DNA from: Ascoidea asiatica JCM 7603
Taxonomy: Eukaryota; Fungi; Ascomycota
Direction of reading: 5' to 3'
Assembly: GCA_001600695.1 (NCBI GenBank)
Contig: BCKQ01000001.1
Coordinates: 1,966,615-2,030,614 of the forward strand
Length of the DNA: 64,000 nucleotides
Shown: positions 24,832 through 37,588 of the stretch, in pieces
Numbering within the stretch: position 1 is the first letter of the stretch
Layout: every line of letters begins with the position of its first letter
Made by a program: the position numbers and the translations under genes
The notes under the pieces: generated by a model
The model's input: only the letters and a program-made list of their open reading frames with translations
Database searches by the model: none
What the model was told of the DNA's origin: nothing

Positions 24832-25050
24832 TGATTGTGTTGGGATTCTTGAGACATACTGAAATAAATTAAGTTATTTTAGTTTAAAAATTATCAAATA
24901 TAATAAAAAAATGATGTCAATATGATAAATAAACTAATAATGAATATTATGTATTAATATTTGTAAAATAGTAAATATAAAATTAGATAATTTAAAAACT
25001 ATATAAACTAACATAAATATAAAACAAAGACAGACATATTATATAGTTTT
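24832..25050 (-). repeat. Right arm of the ~220-bp imperfect inverted repeat
   Basis: tgattgtgttgggattcttgagacat...cagacatattatatagtttt. Confidence 0.9.
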
Positions 25051-27060
25051 AAAAATAATTGCAATAAACAAAAATGAAAAGAAATATTCAACACTTGTGA
25101 AATTTAAAATAAATATTATTAAGTCGGGAAATATTTTGAATCAGCTTTGACATATATTTTCAAAAACCTGACACATTTTGAGAACGGTTCACAGCTCTTT
25201 TGGAAACGGAATAACCAATGAAAATGTTGTTGAGATATTTTTATCCGATCCTAATGTTTTTATAAAATAATTTTCAACCATTTGAAACGCGCAGCCACTC
25301 TGACTACATTAGTTTTTCTAATAAATGTCAATTTACCAATAGTATACTTGAAAACCAAATACGTATAATTCATTTATTATTACAACATTGGATATTAATT
25401 ACCAATTCGTAGCTAATTTTTTTATGCCTTGAAAATAAGTTGCTACCAGAAACTGTAAAATGAAAGGGAACAAAAAAACATTTTAAACTAAAAAATAAAT
25501 TTTAGTAACGGGTGAATTTTTTGGAAAAGCAACCACTGAGGTAGTACAGAAGTAATTGGAAAAAGTTAATTTTAAAACGTTTTTGACAACAATAACTTAC
25601 AAAATCTGACAACACATTATAAAAAAGTATTTTTTTAGCATCCGACATTCCTAATGAATTTTTGAGAAAAGGAAACAATGAACTTATAAGATTAATAAAA
25701 AGTAGGAACATCAAGCCCTAACATGTTTGTAGACAGAGGCTCCTGGCATGGATTAAAAAAAAGAAATAAGCGAAAATTTTTAACAAATTGTATGTCATTT
25801 TATTTGTTTACTATAGTTTTTGTAGAAATTTCTAAACTAAATTTAAGTGTCGAAATATGCACAGACTGTTTTAGCACTGCCGTTTATTGCGCTTTTAAAG
25901 TTTTTATGTGGATCCGGAATGTTCTAAACCGTTCCTGGTATTCATTATTTATTTCGTTTTCAAACTTTTGTGTGGGTCGCGTTTGTGCCCAAGTCATTTT
26001 GGTTTGTTTGTATAGTGATTTAGTGTTTTTTAACACAAACCGTTATGCTATTTCTATTTTTTGAGTATGGGAAGTGAACTGTGCCATACTAAGTTTAGTA
26101 ATTTATTCTTAAAAAATGTTACCTGCTCTTAATTTCTACTAATATAAATAGGGCAGTGACCTCCCATATGTTTTATATAATTTTTGCATTTTTTATATTT
26201 TAATTAACAATTGTTTTTAATTTGAATTAGATATCTTCTTAGTAATACTTAAATTTTTCGTTTGAACTACAATCAATTTTCAAAATCCCGGAGGCGGATG
26301 GAACTATGGATTTTGGACGGTTTTTTAAAAGCAATTTTTGCAGTAAACGGCGTGGCAAGCGGCAGGCTGCAGAAAAGTGTAGTTTTTTTAGTAAAAACAA
26401 ATTCCTAAGTATAACTTTGGGGTGTACAGTATTCTAAGTATTTAGCGCTTCTGTGTAAATCCTTATTACTCTCACTGGGCAAAACACCTTTTATTAGTTT
26501 TCGAAAAAATATTTGAGTATGGTTGAACCTGATTACTTTATTTAAAACTAGTTTTGGTGAAGTACGTGTAATTTTGATATCCCTTTTTCCAACCGAAGGT
26601 GTTATAAGCAATATATTAATCGCTGGATTTCCCATCCTGTTTGGTAACGATATTTAATGAGTCTCACTTTCCATCTTTTCATTACCAGTCCTGGGAGTAG
26701 AATTAACATTGTTTTTTTACTTCATATCAATCCAAGGCAGCTTTACCCAGTCAAAGTCCATTTCTTCTCATGGCAATTCATAAACAATTGATGTTTGGTA
26801 ATTTCTTATTTGTCTTTGTTTTGCCCCTGAAATTAGAATTGTTCCAGTATTTGACTAGTGAATAGCAATAAGATATTTGGAGTCCTGAATAAATATAAAA
26901 GAATCTACTCTTTTTTAAATGAATCTCAAATATGAAATCAAAATGATTAAAAGTAACTGAAAGTAATTGAATCAATCAGTTCAATTGAATTCAATTGATC
27001 CAATAAATTGAACATATATTTGATCATATTTGTTTAATTAATCATATCATCTTATTAATG

Positions 27061-29814
27061 ATGTCTAAAAAATTAATCATAGACATATTATTAAAAGATA
27101 CTTTAAAATTAATTTTGGAATATTTAGATCAAAATGATTTAATCACTTTATCTTGTACAAATAGATATTTTATGATTTAATAATACCAAGATTATATGCA
27201 AATATTTATATTTATGATTTTAAATTATTAATACAAAATAATAATAATTATTGGACTTATTTTTCAAATAATTATAAGTATATATCAAGTTCTTCAGTTG
27301 TATATTCTAATTGTCCAAAATATGGAGATTTATTATATTCTACACAATCATTAAATTCTTCAAATGAATTTATAAATTATCAAAATCAAGATCAGACTAC
27401 AAATTCAAATACGTTAAAAAAAGATTATTTTCATATTTTTAACATTCATACTTTTTTAAGATTAAATCATTTTTATAAAAAATTAACAAATTTAATTTCA
27501 TCAATAGAATCAAATAAAAATTTATTAAATTATATTAAAAATATATTTATTGATATATCTTATCATAAGGAAGGTTTAAGATTTAATGATTATGAAATAT
27601 CAAAATATAATGTTAAAATTATTCATTTAATCATAAATGAAATTTTAAATAAAGTTATTAAAATTAATCCAAATTTAAAAATTGAATTTTCTGATTATTT
27701 AACATAACATTTTTTTTCAAATATTTCGAATGATAATAGATATTTTTCATTACCTTCAAATTTATATAATCATTTAGATTCGAATGAAATTTATATCTCA
27801 CATGATTTAAAATTTCTTTATAATAAAATTTTTAATAATTTAAATAATTATATAAATTATGAAAAAAATTCAAATGAAATTAATAATTTAAATAATTTAT
27901 CAAATAAAAAAAACTTAAAAGAATTCAAAATTTGAAACTATTGCTATTTCCTTTCTGGGATTCAATTTATTTAAATCAAAATATTTCAACATTTTTAGAA
28001 TATCTTTCCTATTTTAAAACTCATAATAATAATAATGATAATATAACTTTCAAATTATTTATATCATATACTGAAAATTTTCGATTAAATAATTTAAATT
28101 CAATCAAATCTTATATGAGTTTAATTAATTATTCATATTTTAAAAAATTATTCTTAAATATTTCTTGTGAATGTTATGAAGATTATACTAGTCATAGAAA
28201 ATATATTTGTAGAGTTGGTGGTCATATTAGTCCTAATAAACCATATAATAAACAAAATAAGAAAAAAGAAAATGTTAATGAAATTGTTGTTAGTGAAAAA
28301 GAAGATGAAAATGATAATTTATATATATGTAATTGTAATTATAAATTTTATAAAAATTTAATTAATCCATTTCATTTAAAATTTTTAAAAAATGGTTTAA
28401 ATTATGATAATTTAAAAGAAATTTATATTAATAAAATTTCATTACTTAAATCAAATGAATTAAATAAATTATTTCAATTTTTATTTATTTATTTACCAAA
28501 TATAAATTTAGTTAATTTAAGTTTCATCATGTCAATACATTATAATGATCATAATATTTGGTTTTCTGAAAACCTTGATCCAATTTATAAAAATTTAAAT
28601 AAATCAGATTCTTTTATAGGTGAATTAATAAGTTGTTTTAAAAATTTTTTAAAAAAAGATGGAAAAAATGGCAAAAAAAAGAATTTAAATATTTCAAATT
28701 TAAAATTTTTTTATTTAAGTGGAAATCTTTCTAGAAATATTTTAAGTTATTTATTATTTGAATATGTTTCAAATGAATTTTCAAGAAATTTTAATTTTGA
28801 TGATAGTAATAATAATAATGATAAAAAACTAAAATTTTTAAAGAAGAAAAAAATAAATTTTAAAAAAATATATGAAAATAATTCTGAATTTATAAATATT
28901 TTCAAGAACAGTTTAAGAATACCTTTAAATATTTAAAATAAAGATAATAAAAAAGAAAATAATTTAGTTATTAAAAGTGAAAGTGAAGATGAATATGATT
29001 CTTATTTATTTGATAATTATTATAAAGAATATAAAGATTATAAGAATAATGATAATAACGAAGAATATAGTGAAGATAATAATGGTAAATTTTTAAGTAA
29101 TAATAATGTTTTAGAATCATATGAACAAATTTTAGAAAGATTTTTAAATCCTTTTAAATAAAAACGTTTTGAGAATTATAATGGAATTAATGAAATTAGT
29201 AAATATAATAAAAATTATACAAATATAAATTTTAGTTTAATTTATAAAGATATTTTTTTAATGTATTCTTCTCGTACAAACAATAATATTGATAATAATA
29301 ATAATAATAATTCTATTAATAATGTGAAGGAATTAGCTAAAATAATTAATTCAAAAAATTATATGAATTTATTAATTGATTATTTTGAAGAATTAATTGA
29401 AATTATAATTAATAATGAAATTAAAGCATTTAAAAAACTTGAAATTTTATCAATTGGAGGATTACCATTGGCTATTAAATCAGATAAAGATAATAATGGA
29501 AAAAGAAAAGTTTCACCAGAAATTATTATTGAAGAATATGAAAAAGAAGATTATGAAACTATGAAAAGAATTTTTGAATTAAAATCTGATAAAGATATTG
29601 TTTCTAATATTCATAACGATATGGGAAAAGATTTTGAAAAAATAAAAATTTTAAATGATAATCGTACTCTCTGTTTTTTTTGAGTGGAATGTCATTAAAT
29701 TTAGAAGATGTAAAAAGAAAAATTGAAGTCATCAAAAATGTCAAAACGTTTATATCTAGTGATGAAGATAAAGAAGGTGATGTTGAAATGAAATCCAGAT
29801 TTCTTTTTATTTAA
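27061..29814 (+). pseudogene. F-box protein pseudogene (~900 codons)
   Basis: MSKKLIIDILLKDTLKLILEYLDQNDLITLSCTNRYF/YDLIIPRLYANIYI fits the F-box pattern. It continues through ORFs 27932-28936 and 29261-29683 via frameshifts in homopolymers and in-frame TAA stops (28934, ~29158). Confidence 0.7.
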
Positions 29815-30867
29815 GTATATAATTTCATAGTATTACAATGTAAATGTTTTGGAATTTATTTTTTATTTTTGTAAAAAAACACTTAAAGCTTCAGATTTTC
29901 TTTTAAATTTCTTAAATACATATTTTAAAGTTAAGTCATTATTTTCAATAATTCTTTAACAATAATTGAAACAATTATATCTTACGTACTATTAATTTCA
30001 GACCTTCAATAGATAAATGTTTTTAGGATTAAATAAAATAGTAAATAATAAATTTGACCAAAATTGAACCTTTCATATTACATTAATGTGAAAACATTGA
30101 ATATAAGTTGAAAAGAAGCAATAAGCCAAATATGTAATATATATATTATAATATTTAAAGATATAATATTCATATAATAAACAGTTCCAAAAATTCCCTT
30201 TTATAAACTTCTTCAAAACAAATAACAGTCTGAGAAGATTGAAATTCGTCTTAAAAAGAAGCATGAAATACAAAAGGAGCGGTCATGGTATAGTTTTCAA
30301 CCAGCAAAAACACAATCTCGGACGAATCCTCACTGAATGCGTAATGCCCTTGCATAAAGATAAAGAAAAAAAAAGGAGAAGGAAAGAAAGGAAAAAAGAA
30401 GAAAGTGGGAAATGAGCCCTTTAAATACTTTTTCAGAGCCAGAGCAAAAAAGCAAAAAGTAAATTTTGAAACAATAACAATAAAGAGCCCTGTACAAAAG
30501 TTTTTGGAAACAGAGCCCTAGAAAAGTAAATAGGAGGGTAATGGTGTAAAATACGGAAATTTACAACCGCCGCGTGGATTGATAACCTTTGTAGGTGGTA
30601 TTATCCTTTGTTCTGGATACAAGCGGAAAGGTTTAGAAATGCGGTTTTCATTTTCCGAAATTCACTCCGAATAAATATTTATTTAAAAGTTATAAACAAG
30701 AACTGGTTGGTTTTTATTGATAAAAAGTTATAAACTGAATAAGTTTTGTAAATTAAAATATTAAGATATACAATTCATGAAATTGTTTGTCAGAAGATAT
30801 AATATAAAAAAAGATACAACAATAAATAAATAAATAAATAAAGAGAAGAAAGGAAAAAGAAAAGTAA

Positions 30868-31963
30868 TTAAAATCCAAAATTACTTGTATAAGCCATTGG
30901 TTTAATATCTGGATGTTCAACAGCTTCAAATTGACAAAATTCTAAATTATATTCATTATTATTATTATTATCTATAGTAAAATTTATAACTGCACCTTTA
31001 TTACCTTGAGAATCACAATAATTTGGTGCTGAGAATACTGTAATTAATTGTCCATTATGTTCTTTTTCAAATCCATTCATTCTAACTTCATGACTTCTAA
31101 TAATTGCTTTTAAATTATTTCTTTCACAAAATTCTTTTGTAATATCTGGACCAAATTGCATTCCAATACCTCTTTTACTTGGTCCTCTACCGTTTTCAAT
31201 TTGTGGATCTGTCCATAATAATTCCATTTCAATACCTTCTTTTGGAGGTTGTTTATTTTTAAATCTTTTAATATTTCTAATATCATTAATATTTATATCA
31301 TCATTTGAAAATAATCCTCCATGCATTATTAAATATTCATTACCAATTAAACATGATAAAGGTAATGAATTAAAACTTTCTGAGAAACATTTAAAAATTC
31401 TTTCATTATATTTATATTTACATTCACCTTCAAATCCATAAGCTTTATTCATATCATCAGTTTCATGATTACCTCTATTTAAAAAAATTTTATTTGGATA
31501 AATAATTTTTAATGTATATAATAAAAATGCAACTTCTGTTGACCAACTACCTCTATCAACAAAATCTCCATTAAATAAATATGCATGAGAATTTGAAACT
31601 TTACCAAATTTTTTAAAAATATTTAAAACATCATAAAATTGTCCATGAGTATCACCACAAATTGTTAAAGTTTTAACATCTTTTAAAATCACTAAATTTT
31701 CTTTGGAATTGGTGTTATCATTTTCATTTTCATTTTCATTTTCTTTTCCATTTTCATTTAAATTTAAATTTTCAATTGAATTTTTTTTATGATTTGGTAA
31801 AGTAATTTCAATTAATGTATTTTCTTTTCTTAAAATTTCATTAACTTTCATAATTATTGCAAATCCATATTTTTTTGGTAAAGTTTCACCATTTTTAAAT
31901 AACTTTATCATTTCTTTAAGAAATGTTTCATTTAATCCATTAATTTCAACTTCTTTTGATTTT

Positions 31964-32007
<44 letters not shown>

Positions 32008-32514
32008 TAATTTTATATCTAATAATGGACCTTTATAATTTTTTTCAATTGGAATTGAATTTAAATCTAATTGATCAAAAATATTTAAATCATCAATCTC
32101 ATTAATAATTGCTTTTTCAAAAGCTTGTCTTTTTAAAATTTTATTAATATCTTTAAAATAATTTAAAGCAGTTTTATCATTTGGTACTCTTGATAAAACA
32201 ATATTTAAATCTTTTTTTGAATCTTTATATTTTAAAATTGCAGCATTTGCAGATGCTCTTCTATAATAACCTTTTGTATAATTTGGATTTAAATTAATTG
32301 CTTTTGTTGAATCAATTATTGCTAAACCAAATGATTCAGTTTTAATATAAGCTTGAGCTCTATTTGAATAAAAAATTTCATTTAAATTATTTAAATTTAT
32401 TGCCTTTGTATAACATTCAATTGCTTTTTCAAATTGATTTTTTTTTAAATATTCATTACCTTGATTTTTAAAATCATTTGCTTTTTTTTTATCTTCTTCT
32501 GAAATTGTAGACAT
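30868..32514 (-). CDS. PPT1: Serine/threonine protein phosphatase 5 (TPR + PPP catalytic domain)
   Basis: N-terminal TPRs; GDTHGQ, GDFVDRG, RGNHE, SAPNYC motifs. Confidence 0.97.
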
Positions 32515-33037
32515 TTTGAATTTATATTATTATACTGTATATTATAAACGTATTGATATACGTATTGAATAATTTTATATTAAAGTAAATAGATGATGAA
32601 TATCTGATTAACTTTAGAATTATTTACTTCTAATGATATATGAATAATATGAATAATTTAATTTTGGGGGGTGTGAAATTTCAATAACTTAGCTTTTTAA
32701 TGTTTCTCTTCTTGAATAATCTTTTAATAAATTTCATTGACATTCACTCACTTTTTATACTTTTTTTTTTTTATTTTTCATATGCAACTGAGTAAAAGCA
32801 ACAAAAGCAAGGCGAAAAACTTGCAACGGAGGAAAAAAAGCGTGAATAGAAGCTTAAGTATGGAAAAAGTAAATAAATAAAGAGTGTCTATTGTTGTTAT
32901 CAGTAAATTAGACTACAATTGTATTACTTTGTTAATGAATGAAGGTTTATTAATGAAGGATATATATATTAGAAGGAGAATATATATAAAAATAACAATA
33001 ATTATAGAAATTAAAGAAATTAAAGAAATTAAAGAAA

Positions 33038-34456
33038 TTAGAGAAAAGTTTGATTGATTCTAATTGTATAATCATCACCAGATTGAGTTATATAACGAAC
33101 CCAAGGATATGATTGATATTGTAATTTTGGTTCAATAATTCTTAAATATTTAACTTGTAAACCGGAAGTAATAAAATATGGAATTTGAAATTTAATTTGA
33201 ATTGGTCTTTTAATTTTAAAAATTGGATCATCATTTTTAACAGAAGGTAAACCTAATTCAGAAATCATTGCAGCTTCTTTACCACCATTAAAATGTTTAA
33301 TTTTCCATAAAATTTGAGAAGATTCTGGTAAATATTTTGTTGAACCAATTGAAGATTTAAATTTTGGAGAATCTGCATCTTCTGGTACTGGAATTAAAAT
33401 TTGAACATCATTTGCTATACTTCTTTTTTTAATTTGAGCTTTTGCTTTAACTTTAATTTCAATTCTTGAATTTGAATGAATTTGAATTTTACAATCTATA
33501 TAAATTAAAGGTTTTATTGGAGTTGATAATCTATAAGTCATTAAATCAAATTCACCATCAGGTGGTATAAAAGTAATAATTTTTTCATTTTCAAATTTAC
33601 TTAATCTTACACATTGATGAAATTTAACATCTTCCATTTCAAGTTTTTTTGTATTTGAAACTGTATTTGGATTATTATTTGTTAAAGTATTATTATTAAT
33701 ATTATTATTATTTGAATTATTATTACCAAACATACCTTTATCATTTAAACCTAATCTTAAATCTGGCATACCAGATAAACAAGATTTAATTTTAATTTTA
33801 CCTAAAATTTCACTTCTTAAAACTTGACCATTTGAATTAATTAACATATTAATAGATTCTATAACATCTAAGAAAACTTCATTTTTTTTATAAATAATAC
33901 CATCAGTTCTCCAACTTACAGCATTAGTTATAGCATTTGGAGGTTTTATAGAAATTGAATTAATTGAAAATGAATTTGAATTTGAAGTTGTATTATTATT
34001 ATTATTATTTAATATATTATTTGATTTAATTAAAAGATGAGATTTTTGAGTTATATATTGTTTTAAAATTTTAGTATCAGTAGTTTGTGGATTACCAAAA
34101 TCCATCATTTCATCTAATAATTCATAAATTATTACAAAATTATCTCTAATTGATTCTTCTTCTAAATTTTTAAAATATTGAGATAAAACTTCAATTAATT
34201 TATTTAAAAAAATTAAAATTTTTAAAATATTTGAATTTTTTTTAGTTAAAGCTAAAATATATAAATCATTATGAATTAAATAAAGATAATTAATACCTTG
34301 ATAATTAAATACAGGTGGTGAAGCAGAATTTTCTTCTTCACTTTCAATTAATAATAATGGAAATTTTTCAATTGCATTTATTGGTATATCACCTTTATAA
34401 TCTCTTGATAATAATGGTTTACCTTTTGAATCTAAAAAATAAATTATTGAAGCCAT
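33038..34456 (-). CDS. APM1: AP-1 adaptor complex mu1 subunit
   Basis: MASIIYFLDSKGKPLLSRDYKGD, YELLDEMMDFG, VSWR..GI.YKKNEVFLDV, FIPPDGEFDLM, SYPWVRYIT. Confidence 0.96.
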   Translation of the reverse strand: MASIIYFLDSKGKPLLSRDYKGDIPINAIEKFPLLLIESEEENSASPPVFNYQGINYLYLIHNDLYILALTKKNSNILKILIFLNKLIEVLSQYFKNLEEESIRDNFVIIYELLDEMMDFGNPQTTDTKILKQYITQKSHLLIKSNNILNNNNNNTTSNSNSFSINSISIKPPNAITNAVSWRTDGIIYKKNEVFLDVIESINMLINSNGQVLRSEILGKIKIKSCLSGMPDLRLGLNDKGMFGNNNSNNNNINNNTLTNNNPNTVSNTKKLEMEDVKFHQCVRLSKFENEKIITFIPPDGEFDLMTYRLSTPIKPLIYIDCKIQIHSNSRIEIKVKAKAQIKKRSIANDVQILIPVPEDADSPKFKSSIGSTKYLPESSQILWKIKHFNGGKEAAMISELGLPSVKNDDPIFKIKRPIQIKFQIPYFITSGLQVKYLRIIEPKLQYQSYPWVRYITQSGDDYTIRINQTFL

Positions 34457-34466
34457 ATTGTATATA

Positions 34467-34524
34467 TGATTATGATTATGATTATGATTATGATTATGTT
34501 TATGTTTATGTTTATGTATATGTT
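34467..34524. repeat. (GATTAT)n/(GTTTAT)n hexamer microsatellite just upstream of APM1
   Basis: Direct reading. Confidence 0.85.
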
Positions 34525-35069
34525 TTTATTATAAGTTATATGATTTTGTAATGAATTAGTTATTAAATAAGTATCTGATTAACCATTTATGATTTGCTAT
34601 AATATAAGATGTAAAGTATTAGAGATTATACTGTAAATATAAATTAGGAGTAAATTGATAAATTGAATAATTCAACTAATGCTAATGTTTATCTATTTTT
34701 TGATCTCAAATTATCATTTATGATTTGATATTTATCTTTATTTATCACTGATTACAGATTGGTTTAGCTTCAATTATTCAATTTGAATAATATATTTATT
34801 TCACTATTTATTTTAGTGATTAATTTCATTATTATTATTATTATTATTATTATTGTTATTATTATTTCAGTTGCAGTTGCAGTCAAATCTGAAAGCAAAA
34901 ACCAAAAAAAGAGCGCTCGTATTGAAGTTACCACTGTTAGTGTGGAATTACTGCCATCACCACTATTGCTACTACTACCGGTATTACTGCGGGTAATGCA
35001 GCGAGTGCAAGAAGCTTCGTGTACAATTTCTAAAACAATACCCACAGTGCTGGTAGTGATGGCTACTCT

Positions 35070-35077
35070 CCGGGTAA
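35070..35077 (-). promoter_or_regulatory. Reb1-type site (TTACCCGG) between the tRNA terminator and the APM1 promoter; second CGGGTAA at 34990-34996
   Basis: CCGGGTAA on + strand matches the Reb1 consensus in a very AT-rich background. Confidence 0.5.
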
Positions 35078-35108
35078 CGTATTTGTAATGAGGTTTCTAA
35101 AAAAAAGA

Positions 35109-35180
35109 AGCTCACTCCCAGGTTCGAACTAGGGACCAACAGATTTGCAATCTGCTGCGCTACCACTGCGCCAAGTGAGC
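35109..35180 (-). tRNA. tRNA-Cys (GCA), intronless
   Basis: GCTCACTTGGCGCAGTGGTAGCGCAGCAGATTGCAAATCTGTTGGTCCCTAGTTCGAACCTGGGAGTGAGCT; 7-bp acceptor stem, A/B boxes, downstream T-run. Confidence 0.97.
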
Positions 35181-36130
35181 CCAATGATAAATGTTCTTTT
35201 ACACTGGTAACCGATACAACAATAACCACTTTACTCTTAGATCTAGACTTTTTTTGCCCGCAGCGAGATTGGCAGTATCCAAGCACTCCCAAGCAGTGCC
35301 AAGTGTATCCAAGATTATCCAAGGGAGACCACTGCAGTGGATCTCTTGTACTTTTACCCTTGTTGTCTGCATGCCGAGAGATCCGGGGGCTGTTCTGTTT
35401 ACTTCCGGCCTGCTTCATGTGACTTTTTGGACCTTGTTCTCTGCTGTTTCTCGTCTGGTGCCGAAAAGTGGTTGCATTCAATCCCTGCTCCTGTGGGTCT
35501 GACCCACCCTGAAACACACTTTTAGTTTATTTCTCATTCTAAGCCGATACGTTTCACCATAGTAATTTCCCTGTTAAATCACTACTTTCTTCCAGATGTT
35601 CCCTTGAAAGTTAACGTTACCAATATTATTTTTACAACCAGTGCCAAAACCCGTACAACAATCGCTGCTTATTTTACAAGAACATGGAAATTTCAATCAA
35701 TTTCATTCTATTAAAATTAACTTACAGTTCACCAACTAACTTTACTTTTTATTTCTTTTATTTTCTTCAATTTCAAATTTATTTTTATTAAATAATATTA
35801 AAGGATCCCCTTTATTTTTATTTCAATTCAATTAAATTCAATTTACTTATCAAATATTGAAATTTTGAAATATTGTAATAGTGTAATATTGAAATATTGA
35901 AATATATTTAGTTCAAATATTTCTCATTTTTTTTCAAACTTATTTTTCTCTCTTTTTTCTTTTAATAAAATATAAAGACCCTTGAAAATTTATATTTAAA
36001 AAAAATTACTCATACTTTCGTTTAAAAAGTAATTTACTTTTTCATATTTCTTTTTTCTTATTTTCTTATTTCTTAAATTGTCTCTCGCTTCTTTTTAATT
36101 GAAATAATTATAATAATAATAATAATAAAA

Positions 36131-37588
36131 ATGAAATCAATTACTTCAATTTCAAATTCAAATTTTAAAATTTTCTTTTTAATATTAATTTCATTATCAA
36201 ATTTAATTAATGCAATAACTGAAATAACTATAAAAGGTAATGCATTTTGGAAAGGTGATGATAGATTTTATATTAGAGGTATAGATTATCAACCTGGCGG
36301 TTCTTCAAATTTAACAGATCCATTATCTGATGAAACAATTTGTGATAGAGATATTGAAATTTTTAAAGATTTAGGTATTAATACTATAAGAGTTTATACC
36401 ATTGATAATTCTCTTTCTCATGATTATTGTATGAATCAATTAGAAGAAAATAATATTTATTTAGTTTTAGATTTAAATACTCCAGAAGCTTCAATTTCAA
36501 GATCTGATCCTTCTTGTTCTTATAATAAAGATTATTTACAAACTATTTTTGCAACTTTAGATGAATTTGCAAATTATACTAATCTCTTAGGTGTTTTTGC
36601 TGGTAATGAAGTTATTAATGATCAAAAAACAACAAATTCTGCAAAATATGTTAAAGCTGTAGTTAGAGATTTACATCAATATATTTCTGCAAGAAATTAT
36701 AGAAGTATTCCTGTTGGTTATTCTGCTGCTGATATTAAATCAAATAGATTATTAGCTGCTCAATATTTTGATTGTGGTGAAGATGAAGATGCAAGAATTG
36801 ATTTCTTTGGTGTTAATGATTATTCATGGTGTGGAGATTCTTCTTTTAAAGAATCTGGTTATAGTCAAAAAGTTAGTTTATATTCAAATTTCACAATTCC
36901 AATTTTTTTATCTGAATTTGGTTGTAATGAAGTTACAAGTTCAAGACCATTTACTGAAATTACTTCAATTTATTCTGATGATATGTCAAGTGTATTTTCT
37001 GGTGGTTTAGTTTATGAATATTCTCAAGAAACTAATAATTATGGTTTAGTTAAAATTAATTCTGATACAAAAGTTACAAAATTAACTGATTATACAAATT
37101 TAAAAGCAATGTATGCTAAAACTTCTGATCCTTCTGGTGATGGTGATTATAATGATTCTGATGGTTATCAACAATGTCCAACTGTTGTTAATGGTACTTG
37201 GGATTCTGATGATGATTTACCTGATATGCCTGATGGTGCTGAAGATTATTTAACTAATGGTGCTGGTGATCCATTAGGTATTGAAATTGATACTTTAAGT
37301 GCTTGTGATCAAGATGATGATGATTCATATTCTTCTGTAATTGTAGATGATACAACAACTTCAATTTCTTCATCTTCTTCTTCATCTACAAAATCTGCAA
37401 CTTCAACTGCCAATGATGATGATGAAACCAATTCAGCTTCTTCATCCTCTTCATCTTCTTCATCAACATCATCTTCAAGTAGTTCTGGAAATATTATTAA
37501 ATCTTCATTTAATTTAAAAGAAAATAAATCAATTTTATTTATTTTATATATTTCTTTCACTTTCTTTTTATCAATTTCTTTCTTTTAA
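36131..37588 (+). CDS. GAS5: GH72 beta-1,3-glucanosyltransferase, GPI-anchored, no X8 domain (Gas5/Pga4 type)
   Basis: Signal peptide, RFYIRGIDYQPGGSS, FAGNEVIN, FLSEFGCN, Ser-rich stalk, hydrophobic C-terminus. Confidence 0.92.
   Translation: MKSITSISNSNFKIFFLILISLSNLINAITEITIKGNAFWKGDDRFYIRGIDYQPGGSSNLTDPLSDETICDRDIEIFKDLGINTIRVYTIDNSLSHDYCMNQLEENNIYLVLDLNTPEASISRSDPSCSYNKDYLQTIFATLDEFANYTNLLGVFAGNEVINDQKTTNSAKYVKAVVRDLHQYISARNYRSIPVGYSAADIKSNRLLAAQYFDCGEDEDARIDFFGVNDYSWCGDSSFKESGYSQKVSLYSNFTIPIFLSEFGCNEVTSSRPFTEITSIYSDDMSSVFSGGLVYEYSQETNNYGLVKINSDTKVTKLTDYTNLKAMYAKTSDPSGDGDYNDSDGYQQCPTVVNGTWDSDDDLPDMPDGAEDYLTNGAGDPLGIEIDTLSACDQDDDDSYSSVIVDDTTTSISSSSSSSTKSATSTANDDDETNSASSSSSSSSSTSSSSSSGNIIKSSFNLKENKSILFILYISFTFFLSISFF

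Noticed and set aside
34770-35525. Overlapping ORFs of 62-177 aa around the tRNA
   Set aside because: They span a tRNA gene, microsatellites and GC-richer promoter DNA, with non-host codon usage.
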